Part shown: positions 55,608-64,000 of the stretch, in pieces
Layout: each line of letters begins with the position of its first letter
Position numbering within the stretch: position 1 is the first letter of the stretch
NCBI GenBank assembly: GCA_031581485.1
Contig: JAVLBA010000004.1
Coordinates: forward strand, 3,741-67,740
Direction: 5' to 3'
Length of the DNA stretch: 64,000 nucleotides
From: Desulfurivibrionaceae bacterium
GTDB taxonomy: Bacteria; Desulfobacterota; Desulfobulbia; Desulfobulbales; SURF-16
Notes under the pieces: model-generated
Databases searched by the model: none
The model's input: only the letters and a program-made list of their open reading frames with translations
Told to the model about the DNA's origin: nothing
Program-made: the position numbers and the translations under genes

Positions 55608-56495
55608 ATGCGCTATCTCTTATTTATCTTTGGTCAGCTCGGCCGCAATTTTCGCCATGGCTGGACCTCCCAGGTGATGACCCTCTTTACGGTCTCCCTT
55701 TCCGTGCTCATCTTCTCCTTCTTTTTTTTGATCTATGTCAATATGGAGAAGGCAAGCAGCCGTCTGGGCAATGAATTGCGCCTGATTGTCTCTCTTGAGC
55801 ACGAGGTGCCGGCCGCCTTCCGCCCCGAATTCAAGAAAAAAATCAACGACTTTGCCAAGGTGGACAAAATTGTCTTTATCTCCAGGGAAGAGGCCTTTGG
55901 CCGCCTGAGCAGACAACTTGGTCGTGACAGTGATATCCTGGAAGACCTTGATCCCTCTTTCCTGCCCTACACCGTGGAAATTTTCCCCGCCGGCGACCTC
56001 AAGAGCCTGACCAGGATCAAGGATTTCAGCGATTATCTGGAGAGCCTGCCAGGGGCGGTGAAAGTGCAGTATGGCCAGGAATGGCTCGAACGTTTCGGCT
56101 ATTTCATCAGCCTCCTGCGCATGATTGTTATCTTAAGCGGCTCCCTGCTTATTCTCACCTCGGTCTTCATGGTTTCCTATACCATCCGCCTCACCCTGGA
56201 GTCCCGCCAGGAGGAATTGGAAATTCTGCGCTTTTTGGGCGCCACAGACCGCTATATCCGGGGGCCGGTCATTGTGGAGGGTTTTCTGCTTGGACTGCTG
56301 GGAGCCTGCAGCGGCCTCCTCTCTCTCTTTTTTTTATTTCAATGGATCAAAAACCATTTTTCCGGACCCGGCTTCCTCAATTTTTTCGAACTTTCCTTTC
56401 TGCCGCTGGCAAACAGTGGCACCATCTTTCTTATTGCCCTACTGCTGTGCACCAGCGGCAGCCTCATTTCCATCCGAAAATACCTGAAGGTATAA
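55608..56495 (+). CDS. ftsX: Cell division permease-like protein FtsX
   Basis: I take the start at MRYLLFIFGQLGRNFRHGW (55608), after the ftsE stop. It has 4 TM segments and a periplasmic loop. Confidence 0.9.
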   Translation: MRYLLFIFGQLGRNFRHGWTSQVMTLFTVSLSVLIFSFFFLIYVNMEKASSRLGNELRLIVSLEHEVPAAFRPEFKKKINDFAKVDKIVFISREEAFGRLSRQLGRDSDILEDLDPSFLPYTVEIFPAGDLKSLTRIKDFSDYLESLPGAVKVQYGQEWLERFGYFISLLRMIVILSGSLLILTSVFMVSYTIRLTLESRQEELEILRFLGATDRYIRGPVIVEGFLLGLLGACSGLLSLFFLFQWIKNHFSGPGFLNFFELSFLPLANSGTIFLIALLLCTSGSLISIRKYLKV

Positions 56496-56501
56496 GCAGC
56501 A

Positions 56502-57815
56502 ATGACGTGTCCTCTTTTCCAGAAGCCCCTGTTTTGGGCCCTTCTCATCATCATGCTCCAGGGCGTGCTCCTGGCCCGTCCGGCCCTCTCCTATGAGTAT
56601 GGTGATGATCTGGGGCTTGAAGAGGCCGTCCGTTTTGCCGAGCAGGACCTCTTTGAGCATAAAAAAAAGCTGCGTCAGGTGCAGCAGGGCCTGCACACCC
56701 AGCAGGAGAATTTTGAGCAAAAACGCCGCGTCGAAGAGAACCTCCTCCATGAACTTGGCGAGATAGAGTCCAAAATCATTGCAGAAAGCCAGGAGCTGGT
56801 GAGCCTGGCCAACCAGTTGCAGAGAGAAAAGCTCCAGACAGCAGAATCGCTGGCACGCCTGGAGGCGATCCAGGCCGAAAAACACAACCTGGCCCAGAAA
56901 ACAGAAAAGAGACTGGCCGCCTATTACCGGATGGGAGATATCGGCCTGCTGAACATCACCTTTTCAGCCGCCACCCTCCCCGATCTTGTGACCTTTCATG
57001 AATATTACCGCCACATGCTGCGCCACGACAAGACGCTCATCGCCCGATTCCGGGACAAAATCGGGGATCTTGAACAATCAAGACAATCCCACCAGGAGCA
57101 GCAGGTTGAACTGAAAGAGGCCATGCACAAGGCCAGGCAGCAGCAAGGAATCCTGGCTGCCACCAAAGAAGCCAGAAAAGAGGTGCTGGGCCGCATCAAG
57201 ATGGAAAAGGAGCTCTACAGGCAGGCCGCCGATGTTCTTGAGGAGGCGGCCAGGGATCTGCTCACCGGCCTGGAAGATTTCGAGAAGGAGTCGGAAATCA
57301 CCCATAAGCAAAAAGAAGCATGGATGATCGCCACCTTCCCCCTGGAGCCCCATAAAAAGAGAAGGCCGGGCTGGATGCGGGGCTTTGCAGGCCAGAAGGG
57401 TTCCATGCCCCCCCCAGTGACAGGTACCTTGATAGGTGTGGCTGGCGACAATGCCGCAGCCCTGCCCCATGAGGCCCAGCCCTCCCATGGGGTCGATTTC
57501 AACACCGAACCCGGGGCCCTGGTCCGGGCGGTTTTTAAAGGCAAGGTGGTGCACGCCGGCTTTATCAAAGGCTACGGCCAACTCGTCATCATCAGTCACA
57601 ATGACGACTACTACACCATGACCAGTGGCATGACCACCTTTATGGTAAAACCGGGCGACAGGGTCAACCAGGGAGATGGAATCGGTATGGCATCAGAACA
57701 TATCGGCGCCTTGCGCAGCCCCATTCATCTTGAGATCCGTCGCAAGACAGAGCCTGAGGATCCTCTTGCCTGGCTTGATCCCCGTCAGATTGTCACGGCT
57801 CCCGGGCTCCGGTAA
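56502..57815 (+). CDS. EnvC-like coiled-coil protein with a C-terminal M23/LytM domain
   Basis: 437 aa with a signal peptide, a long coiled coil and an M23 domain (HGVDF...GYGQLVIISH...HLEIR). It follows ftsEX. Confidence 0.85.
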   Translation: MTCPLFQKPLFWALLIIMLQGVLLARPALSYEYGDDLGLEEAVRFAEQDLFEHKKKLRQVQQGLHTQQENFEQKRRVEENLLHELGEIESKIIAESQELVSLANQLQREKLQTAESLARLEAIQAEKHNLAQKTEKRLAAYYRMGDIGLLNITFSAATLPDLVTFHEYYRHMLRHDKTLIARFRDKIGDLEQSRQSHQEQQVELKEAMHKARQQQGILAATKEARKEVLGRIKMEKELYRQAADVLEEAARDLLTGLEDFEKESEITHKQKEAWMIATFPLEPHKKRRPGWMRGFAGQKGSMPPPVTGTLIGVAGDNAAALPHEAQPSHGVDFNTEPGALVRAVFKGKVVHAGFIKGYGQLVIISHNDDYYTMTSGMTTFMVKPGDRVNQGDGIGMASEHIGALRSPIHLEIRRKTEPEDPLAWLDPRQIVTAPGLR

Positions 57816-58011
57816 AGTCCCTGATCATCCCCGCCTCAGCTTCTCCTGGTTCCCGGTACCGCCCCCAGGCAAGAGGCCAGCCCGGGTAAAATAAATTATT
57901 TTTGTCGTCCCCTGCTATCCATGTTATTATTCCCAGGTCTATTTTTTTATTTCCGTGCCCTGTCACCAGGTGACTCTGCGCACAATCGATAAAACGTTCC
58001 GTAGGTTTTTC

Positions 58012-59391
58012 ATGAAATCAGGCAAGTCCATCACCAAGCGTCTGCTCTTTGTTGTTATTCTTCTTCTGCCCGTTGCCACCCTCCCCCTCTGGGATCGTGA
58101 CTCCAGGGTTATTGCGCAGACCGAGGAAATCTACCAGAACCTGGAGTCCTTCACCGCTGTTCTCCACATGCTCCAGGAAAACTACGTGGAGGAAGTCGAG
58201 CCCAAGGAACTCATCGAGGGCGCCATCAGGGGCATGCTCAACTCCCTGGATCCCCATTCTTCCTATATGGATCCGGAAGATTTCAAGGCCCTGCAGGATG
58301 AAACCCAGGGGAGCTTCTCCGGCATTGGTATTGAGATCACCATGAAGGATTCCATCCTCACCGTGGTCAGCCCCATTGATGACACGCCGGCCTTCAAGAT
58401 GGGGCTGCAGGCCGGTGACAGAATCATCCAGATTGAAGGAGAGCCCACCAAGGACATGACCCTGATGGATGCCGTCAAACTGCTTCGTGGCCCCAAAGGC
58501 ACGGACGTCACCATCTCTATCCACCGCGAGGGGTGGACCGAGTTAAAAGAGGTAATCCTTACCCGTGACGACATCCCGCTGCACAGCGTCAAGGCCAAGA
58601 TGCTGGAGCCGGGTTACGGCTATATCAGAATCCGCACCTTCCAGGCCAACACCACCAGGGATTTCAAAGACGCCATGGCCGAACTCACCAAGGACGGCAA
58701 GCTGAAAGGTCTGGTCTTTGATCTGCGCAATAATCCGGGCGGTCTTCTTGACCAGGCTGTGCGGATCTCTGACATTTTTCTGGATAAGGGGCTGATTGTC
58801 TACACCAAATCACGCCGCCAGGAAAACAATCTGAGCTATGCCGCCCATAAGAACGGCACCCCCTATACCTTCCCCATTGTGGTTCTTGTCAATGAGGGCA
58901 GTGCCAGTGCCTCAGAGATTGTTGCCGGGGCCTTGCAGGATCATAAACGCGCCCTGGTTCTTGGCGCCCAGACCTTTGGCAAGGGCTCTGTGCAGACCAT
59001 CCATCCCATGTCAAACGGCGGGGGACTGAGAATCACCACTGCCCGCTATTATACCCCCAATGGCCGCTCCATTCAGGCCAAGGGCATCACCCCTGACATC
59101 CATGTGCCCACCGCCTTTCTCACGGAAGAAGAGCTCAAGGAAAAGAATGGCAGAGAGAAGCCCAAATTCATCCGCGAAAAAGATCTGCTCCACCATTTTG
59201 ACAACGAAGGGACAGAGGACAAGGTCAAAAAAGAGCCCCAAAAGGATGGGGATCTGAGCGTGGTGGATGACAAAGAACAGCAGGAACGCGATGAGACCAA
59301 GGCCCTCATAGAGAAGGATAATCAACTGCGACAGGGGCTGACCATCCTCAAAAGCGCCCATATCTTCAGCAGCATGTCTCCCAGCCAATAA
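58012..59391 (+). CDS. C-terminal processing peptidase (S41 family, PDZ-containing)
   Basis: I take the start at MKSGKSITKRL (58012). S41 motifs GSASASEI and TFGKGSVQ are present. Confidence 0.9.
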   Translation: MKSGKSITKRLLFVVILLLPVATLPLWDRDSRVIAQTEEIYQNLESFTAVLHMLQENYVEEVEPKELIEGAIRGMLNSLDPHSSYMDPEDFKALQDETQGSFSGIGIEITMKDSILTVVSPIDDTPAFKMGLQAGDRIIQIEGEPTKDMTLMDAVKLLRGPKGTDVTISIHREGWTELKEVILTRDDIPLHSVKAKMLEPGYGYIRIRTFQANTTRDFKDAMAELTKDGKLKGLVFDLRNNPGGLLDQAVRISDIFLDKGLIVYTKSRRQENNLSYAAHKNGTPYTFPIVVLVNEGSASASEIVAGALQDHKRALVLGAQTFGKGSVQTIHPMSNGGGLRITTARYYTPNGRSIQAKGITPDIHVPTAFLTEEELKEKNGREKPKFIREKDLLHHFDNEGTEDKVKKEPQKDGDLSVVDDKEQQERDETKALIEKDNQLRQGLTILKSAHIFSSMSPSQ

Positions 59392-59414
59392 TTCTTATAA
59401 AGATAGAGAGCATA

Positions 59415-59453
59415 AAAAAGCGGCCTGAGGAAAATTCCTCAGGCCGCTTTTTT
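59415..59453. terminator. Bidirectional intrinsic terminator between convergent genes
   Basis: AAAAAAGCGGCCTGAGG...CCTCAGGCCGCTTTTTT. Confidence 0.8.
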
Positions 59454-59473
59454 ATGGTCAAAATCGAATGCGC

Positions 59474-60055
59474 CTACGACTTGTCGCGGCGCACCATTTC
59501 ATAAAAATCATTGCCCAGGACGTCATTAATAACCACTGCCGGAAACTCCTCCACCCGGAAGCGAAACAAGGCCTCTGGCCCGGCATCCTCAAAGGCAACC
59601 ACCTCCGCCTCCTTGATACATTTTGACAACAGGGCACCGGCACCGCCAAAGGTGGCCAGATAAATGGCCTGATGCTGCTCCATGGCCTGCCGCACCTGCA
59701 GAGAGCGGCCCCCCTTGCCCATGGTCGCTGCCAGCCCAAGTTCCAAAAGCCGTGGCGTATAGGTATCCATCCGGTAGCTGGTGGTGGGACCTGCGGCGCC
59801 AATCACCTGGCCGGGCTGAGCCGGAGAGGGGCCCACATAGTAGAGGAGCTGGCCGCGCAGATCAATGGGCAGTGGTTCGCCGCTGTCCAGCAAGGCCTCA
59901 AAACGGCGATGGGTCTGATCCCTCCCCGTATAGAGGGTGCCGGTCAGGCTGATCAGCTCCCCGGCCCGCAAAGAGGAGAGGACCTCTGCATCAAAGGGCA
60001 GATTGACCGCTTTCAGGCTGTCAAAAAAATCTGGGCGATAACGAAGAAGGGACAT
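59474..60055 (-). CDS. Class I Fe-S hydro-lyase beta subunit (fumarate hydratase/tartrate dehydratase type)
   Basis: 193 aa (GTLYTGRDQTH, GPTTSYRMD, MGKGGR). Confidence 0.85.
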   Translation of the reverse strand: MSLLRYRPDFFDSLKAVNLPFDAEVLSSLRAGELISLTGTLYTGRDQTHRRFEALLDSGEPLPIDLRGQLLYYVGPSPAQPGQVIGAAGPTTSYRMDTYTPRLLELGLAATMGKGGRSLQVRQAMEQHQAIYLATFGGAGALLSKCIKEAEVVAFEDAGPEALFRFRVEEFPAVVINDVLGNDFYEMVRRDKS

Positions 60056-60084
60056 ATTGGGGACTCATGAATATAGAGAATTTA

Positions 60085-60153
60085 AAGGAGGTAGAGAAGG
60101 TAGTGAAGGGGAAAGGAACTACGCCAGACATTCTCTACCTTCTCTACCTTCTT
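60085..60153. repeat. 23-bp-stem hairpin between the two hydro-lyase subunit genes
   Basis: AAGGAGGTAGAGAAGGTAGTGAA pairs with TTCTCTACCTTCTCTACCTTCTT: 21 Watson-Crick pairs, 1 G.U and 1 mismatch. The loop is 23 nt. Confidence 0.8.
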
Positions 60154-60170
60154 ATTTCTTTACTTCTTTA

Positions 60171-61031
60171 CTAAAGAACCATCTCTTTATGGCGATGGGC
60201 GTGACACTGGATATTCACCGCCACCGGCAGACTGGCGATATGGGTGGGGAAGCTCTCGACATGAACGGCCAGAGCCGTATGGTTGCCTCCCAGACCCTGG
60301 ACCCCGACCCCGCGCCTGTTTATCTCCGCCAGGATCTCCTGCTCCAAGGCAGCAATATCGTGGCGGGGACTGGCCGCGGCCAGGGGGCGCAGCAGACTCT
60401 TTTTGGCCAGATACGCGGCCTTTTCAAAGGTGCCCCCCATGCCGACCCCCACCACCATGGGAGGACAGGGATTAGGACCTGCCTTGACTGCCTGCTCAAC
60501 AACAAAATCAATGAGGCCTTGCCTTCCTGCTGAGGGCGGCAGCATGATGAGACCACTCATATTTTCACTGCCGCATCCCTTGGGGAGCATGGAAATATGG
60601 AGCCTGTCGCCGGAGGTGATCTCATAATGAATAACAGCCGGGGTATTGGTGCCGGTATTCACCCTGGTGAGAGGATCACAGACGGATTTGCGGAGATAGC
60701 CATCCACATACCCCCTCTGCACCCCCTCCTGCAGAGCATCCTCAAGGCTGCCCTCCACCCTGACATCCTGCCCTATTTCCACAAAGAGAACAGCCACCCC
60801 GGTATCCTGGCAGACGGGGATCTTTTCCCGGCTGGCGATATCGGCATTGGAGATAAAAAGCTCCAAGACGTGTCTGGCCAGAAAGGACTCTTCGGTGTCG
60901 CGGGCGACCAGAAGGGCCTCCAGGATATCGGGCTCAAGCTGGGTCCCGGCATCCATGGTCAGCTGCCGTACCGCGGCCGCTATTTCTTGAAAGGTTATTT
61001 TTCGCATAAGAAAAGAAGGTTGTTTCAGCAC
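60171..61031 (-). CDS. Class I Fe-S hydro-lyase alpha subunit (fumarate hydratase/tartrate dehydratase type)
   Basis: 286 aa (IPVCQDTGVAV, LPKGCGSEN). The start may be the internal MRKITFQ at 61007. Confidence 0.85.
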   Translation of the reverse strand: MLKQPSFLMRKITFQEIAAAVRQLTMDAGTQLEPDILEALLVARDTEESFLARHVLELFISNADIASREKIPVCQDTGVAVLFVEIGQDVRVEGSLEDALQEGVQRGYVDGYLRKSVCDPLTRVNTGTNTPAVIHYEITSGDRLHISMLPKGCGSENMSGLIMLPPSAGRQGLIDFVVEQAVKAGPNPCPPMVVGVGMGGTFEKAAYLAKKSLLRPLAAASPRHDIAALEQEILAEINRRGVGVQGLGGNHTALAVHVESFPTHIASLPVAVNIQCHAHRHKEMVL

Positions 61032-61074
61032 CGCAGGGGCACAAAATTTAGATCAACAAAGCATGAGAGGGCAA

Positions 61075-61683
61075 TCAATCCCTGTCCTGCTGGCGACGGC
61101 GGTTACGCAGGGCAAGGCTCTGCTGACGAAAATTATGCTGAATAAGCCGCTCACGATCCTCATCCATAATGAGATAAAATTCAGCACTTACCCTGTAAAA
61201 CTGCTGCTGGCCTTCATGGGGCACGGCTTCGCATTTTGTGACCCTGCCAATGGCATAGATAAAAATATAATTGGGCAGCAAAACAACTCGGAACTCAAGG
61301 AAGGCACCCACAGCGATTTCGGCAGGGGCAATGAAGGCGATGCCGGCGCCGCTCAAGTTGAGATCCCGCAGCTTCATATCGTCAAGGGGCGTCTTGCCGT
61401 GATCAATCTTCTTCAGCAGGATATTCATCTTCATATCAAGATGCTGCAGAAAATCGGCAAGATCCTCATCTTTATCGCGCAGACGTCCCAGGGCGCTCTG
61501 GGCACCGACAAAGATCTGCATATCAGCCAGGCTTTCCTGACTGTAGAGGGAAATCCCCTCCTGAAAATCCTTGGCGTATTCTAGATACCTCTGCTCGGCA
61601 ATCTCTTTATAGGCAAAGAGATTGCGGCCGGTGATCCGCACGGAACTGCGTCTGTCATCTCTGTCATCTTCCATGGTTCTCAT
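61075..61683 (-). CDS. PilZ-domain protein with widely separated c-di-GMP motifs, downstream of motAB
   Basis: 202 aa. RxxxR is at residues 12-16 (RSSVR) and (D/N)xSxxG at 109-114 (NLSGAG). A PilZ-like beta region follows. Confidence 0.65.
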   Translation of the reverse strand: MRTMEDDRDDRRSSVRITGRNLFAYKEIAEQRYLEYAKDFQEGISLYSQESLADMQIFVGAQSALGRLRDKDEDLADFLQHLDMKMNILLKKIDHGKTPLDDMKLRDLNLSGAGIAFIAPAEIAVGAFLEFRVVLLPNYIFIYAIGRVTKCEAVPHEGQQQFYRVSAEFYLIMDEDRERLIQHNFRQQSLALRNRRRQQDRD

Positions 61684-61685
61684 CC

Positions 61686-62447
61686 TTATTGGCCGGGGTC
61701 AATGATGCCGCGCTCAATTTCCAGACCATCAAGCACGAACTGGTCAGAGCCGGGTTTCACCTTAAACTCAACCCGCCTGTTCCGGGCCCGTCCCTCGGGG
61801 GTACTGTTGCTGGCAATGGGCTGCCCATAGGCATACCCAATGGCCGCAAGTCGCGATGGCGGCAACTGGTATTTATCCAGGAGATACTCCACCGCAGCCA
61901 CAGCACGGGCTGCAGACAAAGCCCAGTTGGAGCTGAAGGTGCTCTGCCCGGCCCGCAGGGGAAGTGTATCCGTATGCCCACTCACCTCCACCATGAGCTC
62001 GGCACGCTGGGCCAGCCTGCCTATCTTGTCCAGCAGAGGAAGAAACTCCTGACGCAGCCTTGCCTGCCCGGAATCAAAGGCCATATTCCCCTTAATGCGG
62101 AGGATGAGGCCAGAGGGGGCATACTCTGTCTCCAATTCCCCGCCTGCTATCTCTTGCGTAAAATGTTCCGCCAACTTCATCTGGACCTGGAGAGGTATGG
62201 TCTGAAAATCGGGCGCTATCATCTCAGTGCCCTTCTTGATCTCCCCGTCCACCGGTTTGTCCCGCTGGACCCCGAAGGCATCCTTCATGGAGCCGGCCAC
62301 GATCTTATACTTCTGCTGGTCCATGACGGCAAAAGAGAGGAGCAGCACAAAAAAACATAACAGCAAGGTCATCAAATCCGCAAAGGTACACATCCATAGC
62401 GGGGCCCCGGGAGAGGGTGGTGGGCATTTTTTCTCTTGGTCCGCCAT
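61686..62447 (-). CDS. motB: Flagellar stator protein MotB (OmpA-like C-terminus)
   Basis: 253 aa (FADLMTLLLCFFVLL; SGHTD...RARNRRVEFKV). Confidence 0.9.
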   Translation of the reverse strand: MADQEKKCPPPSPGAPLWMCTFADLMTLLLCFFVLLLSFAVMDQQKYKIVAGSMKDAFGVQRDKPVDGEIKKGTEMIAPDFQTIPLQVQMKLAEHFTQEIAGGELETEYAPSGLILRIKGNMAFDSGQARLRQEFLPLLDKIGRLAQRAELMVEVSGHTDTLPLRAGQSTFSSNWALSAARAVAAVEYLLDKYQLPPSRLAAIGYAYGQPIASNSTPEGRARNRRVEFKVKPGSDQFVLDGLEIERGIIDPGQ

Positions 62448-62455
62448 ACCGATAC

Positions 62456-63211
62456 CTACTTGCCGGTGGCACGCTGGTTGGGAGGCAGGAAGGTTTCCAG
62501 AAACTCTTCCATAACCCGGGGATTAAGGCCCTTGAGGATGCCGAGTACCCCTTCGATGATCAATCGCCGATTACGCTCCTCCTCCTGACTGCGCAGGGCC
62601 AGCTTATCGGCAATGGGCAGGAAAAGGAGATTGGCAAGAACAGCGCCGTAGAGGGTGGTGAGCAGGCAAACCGCCATGGCCGGACCGATGGTGGCAGGAT
62701 CGTCCATATGGGCAAGCATCTGCACCAATCCCACCAGGGTGCCGATCATGCCGAAGGCCGGGGCGGCATCGCCCATGGAGCCGAAGGTCTTGCGTCCCAC
62801 ATCATGACGCTCCACAGTGAGACTCACCTCCTTCTTGAGGACCTCTTCGATAAAATCGGCCTCATGACCGTCAACACAGTACATGATGGCCTTCTTCAGA
62901 AAATCATCCTCAATGGGCTGCTGCTCCAGGACGATCAGGCCGTTTTTGCGGGCAATATTGGCGAGACTGACAATCTCTTTGATGACGTGGCCAGGATTTG
63001 AGGTCTTGGTAAAAAAGGCATTCATGGCCACTTTGGTGGCATTAATGACATCACCAAGACCAAAACGGATCATCACTGTGGCAAGGACTCCACCGGCGAC
63101 AATCATCACCGAAGGGATATTGATAAAGAGGATCAGAGAGCCACCCAGCAAAATGGCAATCAAAAGAAGAAGAGAGCCCAGAGCCAGGCCGACAACAGTA
63201 GCTATATCCAT
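62456..63211 (-). CDS. motA: Flagellar stator protein MotA/PomA
   Basis: 251 aa with 4 TM segments (GTLVGLVQML, LLTTLYGAVLANL). Confidence 0.9.
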   Translation of the reverse strand: MDIATVVGLALGSLLLLIAILLGGSLILFINIPSVMIVAGGVLATVMIRFGLGDVINATKVAMNAFFTKTSNPGHVIKEIVSLANIARKNGLIVLEQQPIEDDFLKKAIMYCVDGHEADFIEEVLKKEVSLTVERHDVGRKTFGSMGDAAPAFGMIGTLVGLVQMLAHMDDPATIGPAMAVCLLTTLYGAVLANLLFLPIADKLALRSQEEERNRRLIIEGVLGILKGLNPRVMEEFLETFLPPNQRATGK

Positions 63212-63336
63212 AGACTTATTTTATTACTCCCGGCAATGAAACCTTCTCGTAACCAGCCCTTCGCAGCCCGTTGATCGCCATGACCAGCAGGGGTAAGCGG
63301 AACCGCATCTGCTCTATCTTATCTTCCCTGGACCGA

Positions 63337-64000
63337 TCATCTCATGATGTCAGCCGGATCGATCTGCAGGGGAAAACTGTGCTGCTCATCGGGAAAGGTC
63401 TCATCCTTCACCTCAGTGACAAAGGAAGAGACCGCCTTTTTTATCTCAGGCGCTAAGTTTATATAGTTTTTTACAAAACTTGGCATAAATTTCTCAAAGA
63501 GTCCCAGAAGATCATGGGTGACCAGGACCTGACCATCACAACAGACTCCAGCGCCAATGCCGATGGTGGGAATGCGTAATTCCTCGGAAATGAGCCTGGC
63601 AAGGCCAACCGGGATACACTCAAGGACCAGGCTGAAGGCACCGGCCTCTTCCAGGGCCCTGGCCTCTTCCAGGAGGCGGCGGGCCGACTGGACGTCCTTG
63701 CCCTGCACCTTGAAGCCGCCCAGTTTGCCTGCGGTCTGGGGGGTAAGGCCGATATGGCCCATCACCGGCATGCCTGCATCAACAATGGCCCGCACCGCCT
63801 TGCACACCTCGCGGCCCCCCTCAAGCTTGACGGCATCGCAGCCCGCCTCCTTGAAAAAACGGCCGGCATTGGCAATGGCCGTCTGTCTGGAAACCTGATA
63901 GGAGAGAAAGGGCATATCGCCGACCAGCATGGTGGCAGGTGCCCCCCGGCGCACTGCCTTGGCATGGTGGATCATTTCATCCATGGTCACGGGCACTGTG
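63337..64000 (-). CDS. panB: 3-methyl-2-oxobutanoate hydroxymethyltransferase; 5' end beyond the window
   Basis: The frame is open to the window edge (GDMPFLSYQ, VKLEGG, VMGHIGLTPQ). The Met at 63996 in the track is internal. Confidence 0.9.
   Translation of the reverse strand, partial: TVPVTMDEMIHHAKAVRRGAPATMLVGDMPFLSYQVSRQTAIANAGRFFKEAGCDAVKLEGGREVCKAVRAIVDAGMPVMGHIGLTPQTAGKLGGFKVQGKDVQSARRLLEEARALEEAGAFSLVLECIPVGLARLISEELRIPTIGIGAGVCCDGQVLVTHDLLGLFEKFMPSFVKNYINLAPEIKKAVSSFVTEVKDETFPDEQHSFPLQIDPADIMR

Noticed and set aside
1-64000. Search for CRISPR arrays, rRNA, tRNA, prophage or defence-island gene sets
   Set aside because: No spaced direct-repeat arrays exist beyond two-unit duplications. 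There are no RNA gene signatures and no integrase, phage-structural or restriction-like genes apart from the higBA pair and the orphan ORF.

Overview
This is a 64-kb chromosomal segment with moderately high GC. Almost all genes are on the minus strand. Gene content suggests a Desulfobacterota/deltaproteobacterial organism, but that is inference only.

Gene blocks, left to right:
- 1-9.0 kb: housekeeping genes. U32 peptidase (cut by the window edge and missing from the ORF track), an orphan histidine kinase, pyrR, purN, a stand-alone IMP cyclohydrolase, hslR, folE2, nadD, proA.
- 9.0-13.8 kb: a mosaic accessory insertion that splits proB from proA. It carries higBA, a YcbB-type L,D-transpeptidase with a DUF882 peptidase, transposase relics, an 86-bp palindromic repeat family and one orphan ORF.
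- 13.8-21 kb: proB, obg, rpmA, rplU, an RNase G-like gene and a fused radical-SAM/DUF2344 gene.
- 21-35.7 kb: lipoprotein and TPR genes, pdxA, yraN, rnhB, rplS, trmD, rimM, rpsP, ffh, fabD, lspA, ileS.
- 35.9-36.7 kb: an orphan CooC-type ATPase.
- 37.1-49.5 kb: a flagellar operon (flgB flgC fliE fliF fliG fliH fliI fliJ ylxF-like fliK flgD flgE) with two good sigma-54 promoter matches.
- 49.7-54.4 kb: two sigma-54 enhancer-binding proteins flanking a TPR gene.
- 54.9-59.4 kb: ftsE, ftsX, envC-like, ctpA-like.
- 59.5-64 kb: split class-I fumarase, a PilZ protein with motB and motA, and panB (cut by the window edge).

I saw no rRNA, tRNA or CRISPR array.

I do not see a convincing new multi-gene system such as a defence island. 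The most unusual signals are non-coding or architectural:
- A relic of a tandem duplication that joins the flgE 3' end to a CooC 3' fragment through a 3-nt microhomology.
- A family of long intergenic hairpins with purine-rich and pyrimidine-rich low-complexity arms that share exact 11-14-mers across distant loci.
- Two different MITE-like elements.
- A sensor-less sigma-54 activator carrying GAFTHA instead of GAFTGA.
- A PilZ protein next to motAB whose two c-di-GMP motifs lie about 93 residues apart.

All calls come from reading the sequence and the ORF track. No database search was run.
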